Of a stretch of DNA of 64,000 nucleotides, positions 9,227 to 18,018 are shown piece by piece. Each line of letters starts with the position of its first letter. The first letter of the stretch is position 1. The position numbers and the translations under genes are program-made. The DNA is taken from positions 31,701 through 95,700 of the forward strand of contig JAEXDQ010000037.1 of assembly GCA_023401595.1 (NCBI GenBank). Reading direction: 5' to 3'. Origin of the DNA: Spirochaetota bacterium (GTDB taxonomy: Bacteria; Spirochaetota; Spirochaetia; Sphaerochaetales; Sphaerochaetaceae). The notes under the pieces are model-generated. The model searched no databases. It had not been told where the DNA came from and saw only the letters and a program-made list of their open reading frames with translations.

Positions 9227-12200
9227 TTTCCTGTTCGACGACCTGATCGAGAAAACAGGCTACCGCCTTTCGGTCTTCGAGCTCTACAACTGGGGGACCT
9301 TCGACAACCATATCCTACACATGGAGCTTGGCGGGGAGAACTCCCTATTGACGGGGAGCAACGGTTCAGGCAAGACGACGATCGTCGACGCGATCCTGAC
9401 GCTGCTCGTCCCTACCGAATATGTCAGCTACAACATATCCTCAGGAAAGGACGGCCGGGATGGAAGGACGATGGACAGCTATGTCCGGGGGGCATGGTCA
9501 ACGCACAAAGGGGACGACCAGTTCTCGGCGAGCAAGGACTACCTGAGGGAGAAAGCCACGCACTCCATCCTGCTGGGTACGTTCATCAACGCGGGAGCCG
9601 AAAAACCGATCACGCTGCTGCAGATCCACTACTACAACCAGAGCGGCACGTTACAGCATCTCTATGCGCTTTTCGACCAGGAAGTCACCATCAGACAACT
9701 GCAGACCACCGCGGGAGTGTTCAACCCCACGAACCTGAAAGCGTTCAAGGCGGCGCTGTCGGAGTGCTTCGGGCAAGGAATCCAGTTCTTCGAGACATTC
9801 CGTAGCTACAGCAAGGTATTCGGAGAACGGGTCGGCTTCCGCTCCAGGGAAAAGGCGCTCAAGATATTCAGCAAGACCGTTGGCATGAAGGACCTGACGA
9901 ACCTCAACGAATTCATCCGCTACCATATGCTCGACGAGGTCGATTTCGAGTCTGAGTTCAAGAAGCTCAGCGAAAGCTACGACAACCTCCACAACACCCA
10001 GATCGAGATCGAAAAGGATGACGAACAGATCCGGCAATTGCGCAGAATTCTTTCTGAAGGTCAGCGCTTCGGCGAAAAAACGCTCGAATACGATACGGCG
10101 AAAAAGGATCAGGATTTCTGTGAAATATGGAAGGCGTGGCAGTCGAAAAGCTTCCTGGAATTTGAAATCGGCAATTGCCAGGCCGAACGGTCGCTAGTGG
10201 TCGGGGAGCTGACCGAAAAACAGCTGGCGCAGGAAAGCCAGGAGGCACGCAAGGACGAACTGCGAGACCAGTTGAACCAGAACGAGCAATACCGTCAGCT
10301 GGAGGCCAAGCGCAACACCCTCGGAGCCAAGCAGCTGCTGCTCCAGGAACGTCGGAGCACCAGGGAGTTCTATGCGGCGAGAGCCCGCAAAATCGACCTC
10401 CAGGTTCCGTTCGACACCGGCGGTTTCGAGGCGAATCTATTTTCACTTGCCAGCAGACAGAATGCGCTCGAAGACAAAAACGACGGTCTGCAGGAGAACA
10501 TTAATGTCTCGACGATGACCCGACAAGACCTTGAGAGCCAACTTTCCATCACTGAAGAGCAACTCCAAGCCTTGGCAGGCCGGGATTCCAACATTCCCCT
10601 GTCATATCTGCAGGAACGGAACAGGCTCTGCGAATGGCTCGGCATTGAGGAAACCGAACTGCCTTTCGCAGGAGAACTGATGCAGGTGAAGGAAGAATAC
10701 GAAGCGCAGCGGAAAAGCATCGAGCTGCTGCTCCATGATTTTGCGCTGACGCTGTTGATCCCGCACTCCCTCAGAAACAAGGTGAGCCAATACCTATGGG
10801 CAAATCAGGTAAAGGTTCCCGTCGCCTACGTCGCTATCCCGAAGGAGCAGTTTCTCCCAGCGGACGAGGAGGATGAGAGCCTCTTCTGCAATACGATAGA
10901 AATCAAGGAGGGGCATCCGTACAGCAGCTGGGTACTTTCCTATCTTCAGCAGGCGTACAGACATATCCACGCCCAGAGCCTAGATGAACTTCTCCATGCG
11001 GAATTGGCCTATAGTGAAAGGCAGCTGACCCGCGACGGAATCTACTTCAAGGCATACGCCGTTCCCCGGAAGAACTCGGACATCTATGTACTGGGCTGGG
11101 ATACGGCCCGCAAGCGGGAGCAACTGGTCGTTGACAAGGACAACCTCGTCAACGCCATGGACGAACTGGACAAGGCGATCAGGGAGGACTCCCGCGAGAT
11201 ATCCCGGAACAAGGAGAAAATCGAGGCGATCATCGAAATCCGGACGGTACGGACCTACGAGACCATCGACACCCGATCCCCGGAAGCCGAAATCGAAGAA
11301 CTCAACGCGCAGATCGCCGAACTGGAATCGGGTCTTGGCGACTACGACGCCCTGCGCAGGCAGCTGCAGCAGGTCGACGCTTCGATCCGGGAACTGAAAG
11401 CCCGATGTGAACATCTCGTTTCCGAACGCGGGCGTATCGACGGAAGGCTCAGTCAGTACGAAGCGACGTTGAAGTATCGTACTGAACTTCTGAAAGATAT
11501 CGACATCTCGACCCGGCGACAAGAATTCACGGACTTTTCCGAACGGTACGAGCTGTCCAACGTATGGAGCAACCTCGACAACCTCGATGAAGCGGCGGAA
11601 AGAATCCGCAAGTCCCTGGACGACAGGATCCAGCGGACGCTCGCCGAAATAAACGACAGCAAGGAACGATGCATCAACCTGATGTCCAGCTTCTGCAAGC
11701 CCGGCCAGGATACGTTGACGAAATATCCGAACTGGACCAGCAACCTGCTCGAGCTGGGGACGGAAAACTTCTCCATGCAGGACATCCCCTCCTTCAGAAA
11801 GGTGTACGACCACCTGCAACAGGACGATCTGCCCCGGCATAAGGAGGAATTCGCCAATTACCGAACCAGTCTGATTGGAAAGGATGTCATTTCCTTCAAC
11901 CGGACCTTGATGAACTGGCAACGGACGATCGATGAAAACATCATCGACCTCAACACCAGCCTCCAGCGAATCAACTACAGTCAGGATCCGGTAACCCAAG
12001 CGAAGACCCACATCCGCATCCGCAAGCAGCAGAACGCAGACGACATGGTCCGGAACCTCAAGGCGTTGCTCCGGGCCGCGATGCCGAACCCCACCGCAGA
12101 ATCAAACCTGACGATACAACAGAAGCTGGACGTCCAGAACAAATTCTTCAAGCAGGTCGAAGCGCTTCTCAGCTTCCTTCGGCAGGATGATGTCCGCCAG

Positions 12201-12620
12201 AAAGTGCTGGATGTGCGCCGATGGTTCATTTTCGCCGCGGAGGAGTATGACGTATCCACCGGCGACCAGCTTCGCTACTACCAGGACAGCGCCGGCATTT
12301 CCGGCGGTCAGAAGGCGAAGCTCGCCTATACGATTTTCGCCGCGGCGATCGCCAAGCAGTTCGACGTATTCAGCGACGACGGCGCCTCGCGTTCATTCCG
12401 GTTCGTCTTGATCGACGAGGCGTTCAGCAAGATCGACGATGAAAACAGCCGGTATGCGATGCAGTTGTTCAGTCAGCTCAACTTGCAGCTGATGGTGATC
12501 ACCCCGTTGGACAAGGGCAATCTGGTGCTTCCGTTCATCAAGACGGTGCATGTCACCGAATGCCCTGACGGCAAGAGGTCGCAGATCGTCAGCGTGAAGG
12601 TGGAGGATTTCGATGGTTAA
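9216..12620 (+). CDS. jetC: Wadjet JetC (MksF-like SMC-family ABC ATPase)
   Basis: The ATG at 9216 overlaps the jetB stop by 11 nt. It has an N-terminal Walker A (GSNGSGKTT), a long coiled-coil middle, and a C-terminal signature plus Walker B (GGQKAKLAYTIFAAAIA..FVLIDEAFSKID). The product is about 1134 aa. Confidence 0.85.
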   Translation: MQNDFLFDDLIEKTGYRLSVFELYNWGTFDNHILHMELGGENSLLTGSNGSGKTTIVDAILTLLVPTEYVSYNISSGKDGRDGRTMDSYVRGAWSTHKGDDQFSASKDYLREKATHSILLGTFINAGAEKPITLLQIHYYNQSGTLQHLYALFDQEVTIRQLQTTAGVFNPTNLKAFKAALSECFGQGIQFFETFRSYSKVFGERVGFRSREKALKIFSKTVGMKDLTNLNEFIRYHMLDEVDFESEFKKLSESYDNLHNTQIEIEKDDEQIRQLRRILSEGQRFGEKTLEYDTAKKDQDFCEIWKAWQSKSFLEFEIGNCQAERSLVVGELTEKQLAQESQEARKDELRDQLNQNEQYRQLEAKRNTLGAKQLLLQERRSTREFYAARARKIDLQVPFDTGGFEANLFSLASRQNALEDKNDGLQENINVSTMTRQDLESQLSITEEQLQALAGRDSNIPLSYLQERNRLCEWLGIEETELPFAGELMQVKEEYEAQRKSIELLLHDFALTLLIPHSLRNKVSQYLWANQVKVPVAYVAIPKEQFLPADEEDESLFCNTIEIKEGHPYSSWVLSYLQQAYRHIHAQSLDELLHAELAYSERQLTRDGIYFKAYAVPRKNSDIYVLGWDTARKREQLVVDKDNLVNAMDELDKAIREDSREISRNKEKIEAIIEIRTVRTYETIDTRSPEAEIEELNAQIAELESGLGDYDALRRQLQQVDASIRELKARCEHLVSERGRIDGRLSQYEATLKYRTELLKDIDISTRRQEFTDFSERYELSNVWSNLDNLDEAAERIRKSLDDRIQRTLAEINDSKERCINLMSSFCKPGQDTLTKYPNWTSNLLELGTENFSMQDIPSFRKVYDHLQQDDLPRHKEEFANYRTSLIGKDVISFNRTLMNWQRTIDENIIDLNTSLQRINYSQDPVTQAKTHIRIRKQQNADDMVRNLKALLRAAMPNPTAESNLTIQQKLDVQNKFFKQVEALLSFLRQDDVRQKVLDVRRWFIFAAEEYDVSTGDQLRYYQDSAGISGGQKAKLAYTIFAAAIAKQFDVFSDDGASRSFRFVLIDEAFSKIDDENSRYAMQLFSQLNLQLMVITPLDKGNLVLPFIKTVHVTECPDGKRSQIVSVKVEDFDG

Positions 12621-13833
12621 CGTTAGCGGGCTTCGCGAGAAAGCGACGCATAAAGCACCGCAAGCCCTTGACGCCCTGCTTGACCAGACTCCAGTATCGG
12701 CGATGAACAGCTGTACGCTTTTTCCATGGTCCGTCCCCTGCGACAAGGGAAACTACAACGACGAAGGGTGGCATGCGGAAATCGGAGCGTTGGAACAGCA
12801 TTGCAAAGCGGTTCTCGGCTATGGATACCGCCTCGTCTATGGACAAGCGCGCAATACGCGCTGGCAAGGCCAGGTACCAAATCTAGAACAGATTGTTTTC
12901 GATACCGCCGAAGACCTGTTCCGTTTCATTGCCAAATATGACGAAGCGACGTTCCTGCTGACAGTGGCGGATAATGCGGCTAAAACGCTGAGTGGCCTGA
13001 AGATCCCACTTGTCAGCCAAAAGCCCTGGGTTCAATGGCTTAAGGCGAACAAAACGGTCATCATGAACAACCGATCCGGCGACTTCTGGAAAGGCGTCCT
13101 TGACCTTGCCGCATACCTAGCGGCGAATCCCGACAGCGGCCTGTTTCCTAGGGAGTTGCCCGTCTCCGTGGACACCAAGTTCTTAGAATCCAACTGCATG
13201 CTTGTGCTGAGCCTTGTCAACTCGCTACGGTCGGATATCCCCATTCTTTCCGACAAAAGCTTGACCTGGCCCCACCGTCTCGGCCTGAGAACGAAAGAGG
13301 ACATGATACATCTCCGGCTTCCAGTCCATGCTGACTTAATGGTACAAAACACCATATGCTCACGGATGAACCACATCATCATACCCAAAGAAGCCTTCAT
13401 TTCTTTCTCGTATCCTTCTGTACGACGGGTCTTCATCATTGAAAATGAAACACTTTTCTTGACTTTCCCACTATCGGACGGAGAACTTGCAATCTATAAA
13501 GGAGGGTTCGCGATTACAGCTCTGGCTGGCGCCCAGTGGCTTTCATTTTGCGACCTCTTCTATTTTTCCGATATCGATGAACATGGTTTTGCCATGCTCG
13601 ACATAATGCGGGGAATGTATCCTGGAACAAAGAACTTCTGCATGGACGAACAGACGTACAAACACTTCTCCGAATATCGCGTACAGGGAAAAACCTTTAC
13701 AGGTGATTATGAACGGCTTACAGATTCTGAGATTGCGACACTGAAACGGATTAAGGCCGACATCGGATACGGAAGGCTTGAACAGGAACATATCGACCTC
13801 GGTTACATTGAACAGAGAAAACGGGACTTGTAG
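12613..13833 (+). CDS. jetD: Wadjet JetD (Toprim nuclease subunit, DUF3322/DUF2220-type)
   Basis: This 406-aa protein overlaps the jetC stop. It has a C-terminal Toprim-like Glu (FIIENETLF) and a DxD motif (FSDIDEHGF). Confidence 0.8.
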   Translation: MVNVSGLREKATHKAPQALDALLDQTPVSAMNSCTLFPWSVPCDKGNYNDEGWHAEIGALEQHCKAVLGYGYRLVYGQARNTRWQGQVPNLEQIVFDTAEDLFRFIAKYDEATFLLTVADNAAKTLSGLKIPLVSQKPWVQWLKANKTVIMNNRSGDFWKGVLDLAAYLAANPDSGLFPRELPVSVDTKFLESNCMLVLSLVNSLRSDIPILSDKSLTWPHRLGLRTKEDMIHLRLPVHADLMVQNTICSRMNHIIIPKEAFISFSYPSVRRVFIIENETLFLTFPLSDGELAIYKGGFAITALAGAQWLSFCDLFYFSDIDEHGFAMLDIMRGMYPGTKNFCMDEQTYKHFSEYRVQGKTFTGDYERLTDSEIATLKRIKADIGYGRLEQEHIDLGYIEQRKRDL

Positions 13834-13957
13834 GCTGCCCGCAGACTATTCCAAGTGACAATAGGATGAAATCGATCACCACTACTATCAAAATAATAAT
13901 ATAACTCTATTGATAGTTTCAAGAAACCACGATAGTCTATGTTATGAGGTACAGAAC

Positions 13958-14821
13958 ATGGATTTTTCAAGTTTTCCACAACTGAATACTTATTATGGAG
14001 GTTCCGAGAAGAAACTTGCGATTTTGATTGGAGAATCTAGTTATATGCTGAAGTTTCAGAAAAAGACCCCTTTCGGGTTCAGAAACAACCATATATCGGA
14101 ATATCTTGGTTCCCACATTTTCCAAATCCTTGAATTCAATGTGCAAGAAACGTATCTCGGAACATATCATGGACAGCAGGTCGTCGCATGCAAGAACTTC
14201 ATAGGAGCAGATGAACAGTTCGTACCATTCAACGATGTGGGGGAATCGACCCTCGACCAAGATAAAGAATTGTATCAATATTCCTATGCGGATATCATGC
14301 AGATGCTGAAAGACAACTCAAAATTGACGGATGTCAAGGAAACGATAACCTTATTTTGGGAGATGTTCATAGTTGACGCCCTCATCGGTAATTTTGATCG
14401 GCATGGTGGAAACTGGGGGTTTCTAAAAAAAGGCAATAGGTATCGGCTTGCACCCGTATTCGACAATGGTTCCTGTATGTTTCCGCAGATGGTCGATGAA
14501 CAGGAAATGCGCTCCGTCATTGATTCAAGACAAGCCACCGATGATAGGATATTCAAGTTTCCAACTTCTCAAATCAAACTGGATGGTAAAAAAAGTTCGT
14601 ATTACGAAGTTATTTCCAGCCTGGCGTTTCCTGAATGCAACCAAGCCCTGAATACGATTTGCGCACGGACGGATATCGAACGGATCATCGCATTTGTCAT
14701 GGACATGGAGGATATTACGGAACTCCATAAACAATTTTATTGCCATATGCTACGCAACCGATATGAAAAAATTCTGAAGACGGCAAACGACTCGTATCGA
14801 AAACACAAGGAGAACGTATGA
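13958..14821 (+). CDS. HipA-like Ser/Thr kinase, catalytic (C-terminal) domain only
   Basis: It has the catalytic loop DALIGNFDRHGGNWGF (compare the full HipA in this window, NYLIGNCDAHGKNFSF) and the Mg-binding LAPVFDNGSC. The N-terminal HipA subdomain is absent. The ATG at 13958 follows GAGG. Confidence 0.75.
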   Translation: MDFSSFPQLNTYYGGSEKKLAILIGESSYMLKFQKKTPFGFRNNHISEYLGSHIFQILEFNVQETYLGTYHGQQVVACKNFIGADEQFVPFNDVGESTLDQDKELYQYSYADIMQMLKDNSKLTDVKETITLFWEMFIVDALIGNFDRHGGNWGFLKKGNRYRLAPVFDNGSCMFPQMVDEQEMRSVIDSRQATDDRIFKFPTSQIKLDGKKSSYYEVISSLAFPECNQALNTICARTDIERIIAFVMDMEDITELHKQFYCHMLRNRYEKILKTANDSYRKHKENV

Positions 14822-15609
14822 AGGAACTGCGCACATCCGGTATCATCTGCGTCGATGACAACTACGGCTTTACCTATCAGGTATGCAGAATCGAGTACGT
14901 GTTGTTTGAAGACGAAACATTCAGATATATATTTACCCCGTTCTACAACATTATTGAATTCACTCCCCCAGAAATTTTTCAGGGGATTCCCGGACTCAAC
15001 CTGGATGTAAGAAAATCTGAATATGTCAGAGAAAACAGAACCCCGGTTTTTATTTCGGAACGAACACCAAGTACCAACAGGGAAGATCTCTGGGAACTTC
15101 TTGACGATGTAGGCCTGGAATACCTGAACCCATTGGAATGGTTGATACGTACCCCTTTGCAGTATTCCGGAGATAGCCTGTACGTAGTGAGAAATCCACA
15201 TGACGGCAGCAAGCAAATGATTCATTGCGACAGCATCGATGAGCTGGGAAACAGAAATCAGACAATCATACGGAAATTATTGGAAGTTATCTGCTCCAAC
15301 GCTGATTTTGTATCCAAAGAACTCACGATCAATGATCAGAACCGGAAATATCTATACGAAGTACTCATGCCCCTGTTTGTGAAAAGTGCGAAATATCAGC
15401 GCGAACGTCAAAAACTAGGCATCGGCCATGCCCGTGAAAAGTTCACAGGTAGAAAACCGATTTCAATTGACGCTCCTAAATTGGTAGAAATCATGACTGA
15501 CTATCTCAACGGGAAAATTTCAGTACAGCAGGCCTGCCTAGTCCTGCATGTAAGCGAAGCGACGTTCTATCGACGGCTTCGTGCGTTCAGGAAGAACCAG
15601 GTATCATAA
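14818..15609 (+). CDS. Partner of the HipA-like kinase: HipS/HipA-N-subdomain-like region fused to a C-terminal resolvase-type HTH
   Basis: An ATGA overlap with the kinase stop suggests translational coupling. The segment PVFISERTPSTNREDLWELLDDVGLEYLNPLEWLIRT..SGDSLYVV follows the HipA N-terminal pattern (FF..LLP..R...LL..G.D..GA). The C-terminus LVLHVSEATFYRRLRAF is HTH-like. Confidence 0.5.
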   Translation: MKELRTSGIICVDDNYGFTYQVCRIEYVLFEDETFRYIFTPFYNIIEFTPPEIFQGIPGLNLDVRKSEYVRENRTPVFISERTPSTNREDLWELLDDVGLEYLNPLEWLIRTPLQYSGDSLYVVRNPHDGSKQMIHCDSIDELGNRNQTIIRKLLEVICSNADFVSKELTINDQNRKYLYEVLMPLFVKSAKYQRERQKLGIGHAREKFTGRKPISIDAPKLVEIMTDYLNGKISVQQACLVLHVSEATFYRRLRAFRKNQVS

Positions 15610-15717
15610 TGAGAAGATAACCCTATTGATAGCACCCCAGCGGAAGATATATCAGGAGCCCCCGTCGGCTTCGGATGCACAACCACACACGTCAATGACA
15701 CTTCACCGTGCGTCCCG

Positions 15718-16749
15718 TCAGGCCGGCAACAGACCGGCGATGTCCTCCCGCGTGAATTCCGGCGCAACCGCCGTAAAATCCCGTTGCATCAATTTGCAGT
15801 AGACATCGACCAACGTATCGATATACGGAGTCTCGACGCCATATAGATTGCCCAGCTTGGCGACAGGGACAATGCCGAAGGGGATATCTTCGGTGATGAA
15901 TCTGTACTCGATGTTCCGGGGGCCCTTGCTGTTCGGGTAGTTCAGGTGGATGGCATCGTACAGATTATCGCAATCAGTATTCCATGCGTTGTTCACGATC
16001 TCAAGACAGGACTGTCCGGAAATCCCTATACGGGACATCACGGCCAGACGCTCCCGGTCTATCCGTTCAATATACGAAACGACATGGGAAGTAGCCCCTT
16101 CCCTGTAGAAATAATGCTCGGTCCCCTGTTCGATCTTGGAGAAACCGCAGAGCGCTATCGGCGCATGCAAAACAGGGTTCGAAGTGTCGAGCGACGTCAG
16201 GACAGGAGACGCCTTGGTAAAAAACTGGGGGAATACCGCCTTCAACTCGTTGACGACAACATGAACGGCTCCAGCAGGGAAAGCGGACACCCCCAGACTC
16301 TTTTTTATCTTCTTCAAAACACAATGACCGGCCGCAGGAAGATCCGTCATCAAATGCATTCCCCCTGTTTCCGCGAGGATAATCCCCTTGGCATCCAATT
16401 CCGGACCGAGAATCTGACGGAACTCCAATACCCCCCAATTGCTGTTGAATATCAGTATCCGTTGACCGGACTCCAGCCTTCCAGCGCACCGATGCGCTAT
16501 ATCCTTGTGACCGCTCGCCACAGTGTTCACGAAAATATAGTCCGCTCCGGCGATCGCCTTGTCGAACACTGGCTCGCAGCACGGACGGTATGTGCCGTCA
16601 AGCGCGCCGGCAATGACGATTCCGTCCCGTTCTATCATGGAAAGCTTTTCAGCGTCCCTGTCCCAGCAGACGACCTCCTGTCCCCTGTCCATCAGGTAGC
16701 AAGCAGTCGAATGTCCTGTTCTTCCCATCCCCAAGATCGTGCAACGCAT
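15718..16749 (-). CDS. NAD(P)-dependent opine (octopine/nopaline) dehydrogenase-family oxidoreductase
   Basis: The ATG at 16749 is preceded by GGGGGA. It has an N-terminal Rossmann motif ILGMGRTGHSTACYL, and its length and layout fit opine dehydrogenases. The upstream ORF extension to 16890 is rejected. Confidence 0.55.
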   Translation of the reverse strand: MRCTILGMGRTGHSTACYLMDRGQEVVCWDRDAEKLSMIERDGIVIAGALDGTYRPCCEPVFDKAIAGADYIFVNTVASGHKDIAHRCAGRLESGQRILIFNSNWGVLEFRQILGPELDAKGIILAETGGMHLMTDLPAAGHCVLKKIKKSLGVSAFPAGAVHVVVNELKAVFPQFFTKASPVLTSLDTSNPVLHAPIALCGFSKIEQGTEHYFYREGATSHVVSYIERIDRERLAVMSRIGISGQSCLEIVNNAWNTDCDNLYDAIHLNYPNSKGPRNIEYRFITEDIPFGIVPVAKLGNLYGVETPYIDTLVDVYCKLMQRDFTAVAPEFTREDIAGLLPA

Positions 16750-16899
16750 AGCGAATCCCCCGCAAAACATATATTCAGCAATGGAGGACGGCGACGGGCG
16801 AATAAACCAGGAACCATCGCCGAATCCTCCAACCACAAATTCTCCGACCACGGCACATGACCGACTCTCTACAAGCCGATCAGATGCCACCCAGGACCA

Positions 16900-18018
16900 T
16901 CAGTCTTCAAGACCGACCGCAGGTTCAATATCCAGATGCCTGGCGGTATTGATGCTGAAAATCTTCCGTATGGTCTCTTTCTTGACCCCATAGGACAACA
17001 GCAGCTGGACGGCCCATCTGACACCCACTACATGGGGAGGATTATGCACCTGGCCGTAGTCCGTACCGAAAACAAGATGATCCTCGCCTACTTCCTCGAT
17101 AATCTTGGCAGCATAGATCGGGCCCTCCTCATGAATCGGGAAGCAGGTGAATCCCAGCGCGCACAGCATGACCATGACGCCCATGTCGGCATATTCCTTC
17201 ATTTGCTTGATGCTGTGTTTGGAATGGATATGGGTAGGATGAATCAGCTCGCAATGCTTGACCCCCATTTTCCGGGCTTCCTCCATCACGACGACGGAAT
17301 CCTCATACGGATAATGTCCCGAAGCGAGGACTAGGTCGTTGTCGGCGCAGATGCGCATGATTTCCTTGAGCTCCGGCTTCACCTTCCGGTTTCCATCCAG
17401 CAGCTCAATCCCCGCGCCCGGTTCCCAGTTGTCGTTCACCACCCGTTGATGATGGTATGAATCGACCATTGGGAGCCAGACATACTTGAAGCCTGGAAAT
17501 TTGAGACATCGTTCAACAGCTATCGGATTCAATCCCCCTACCGTCTTGTTCAATGTGATACCACCGAAAATCTGAACCGGCGTGACAGGTTCAGGCTGCT
17601 CCGACGCCCATTTCTTCATCATTTTGTCGAGCAACTGATTTCTGGAAGCGGACGGAGTGTGCCAAGTCTTGAATACAACCGCGGCCATACCGGCCTTCGT
17701 ATAGTCAATAGCGACCTCGTCTTCCAACATTAACCGGCCAAAAGGATCGGAACCGCCATGGGCATGGATGTCGATAGCCCCTTTCATGCACCAGTCGACA
17801 TCCTTCGGATCGATCTTCACTCCTGCGACAAACCGCGCGTAGGTGATATTGACCTGCCGGCACCACTGCCGGATCATATAGTCCTGAACCGCTTCCGGCG
17901 TCCCCTCGGGCAAATCCATCCTCGAAAGGCTTTTCAAACGTTGGACACGTTCATCGCTGACAGAGGCGTCCAGGATATCATTCAGGCTGGAATACTCGTT
18001 AAACTGCTTCGTTGACAT
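16900..18018 (-). CDS. Amidohydrolase-superfamily-like metal hydrolase (paralog of 4213-5292)
   Basis: It shares DIHAHGGSDPF and ERCLKFPGFKYVWLPMVDSYHH with the other copy. Confidence 0.65.
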   Translation of the reverse strand: MSTKQFNEYSSLNDILDASVSDERVQRLKSLSRMDLPEGTPEAVQDYMIRQWCRQVNITYARFVAGVKIDPKDVDWCMKGAIDIHAHGGSDPFGRLMLEDEVAIDYTKAGMAAVVFKTWHTPSASRNQLLDKMMKKWASEQPEPVTPVQIFGGITLNKTVGGLNPIAVERCLKFPGFKYVWLPMVDSYHHQRVVNDNWEPGAGIELLDGNRKVKPELKEIMRICADNDLVLASGHYPYEDSVVVMEEARKMGVKHCELIHPTHIHSKHSIKQMKEYADMGVMVMLCALGFTCFPIHEEGPIYAAKIIEEVGEDHLVFGTDYGQVHNPPHVVGVRWAVQLLLSYGVKKETIRKIFSINTARHLDIEPAVGLED

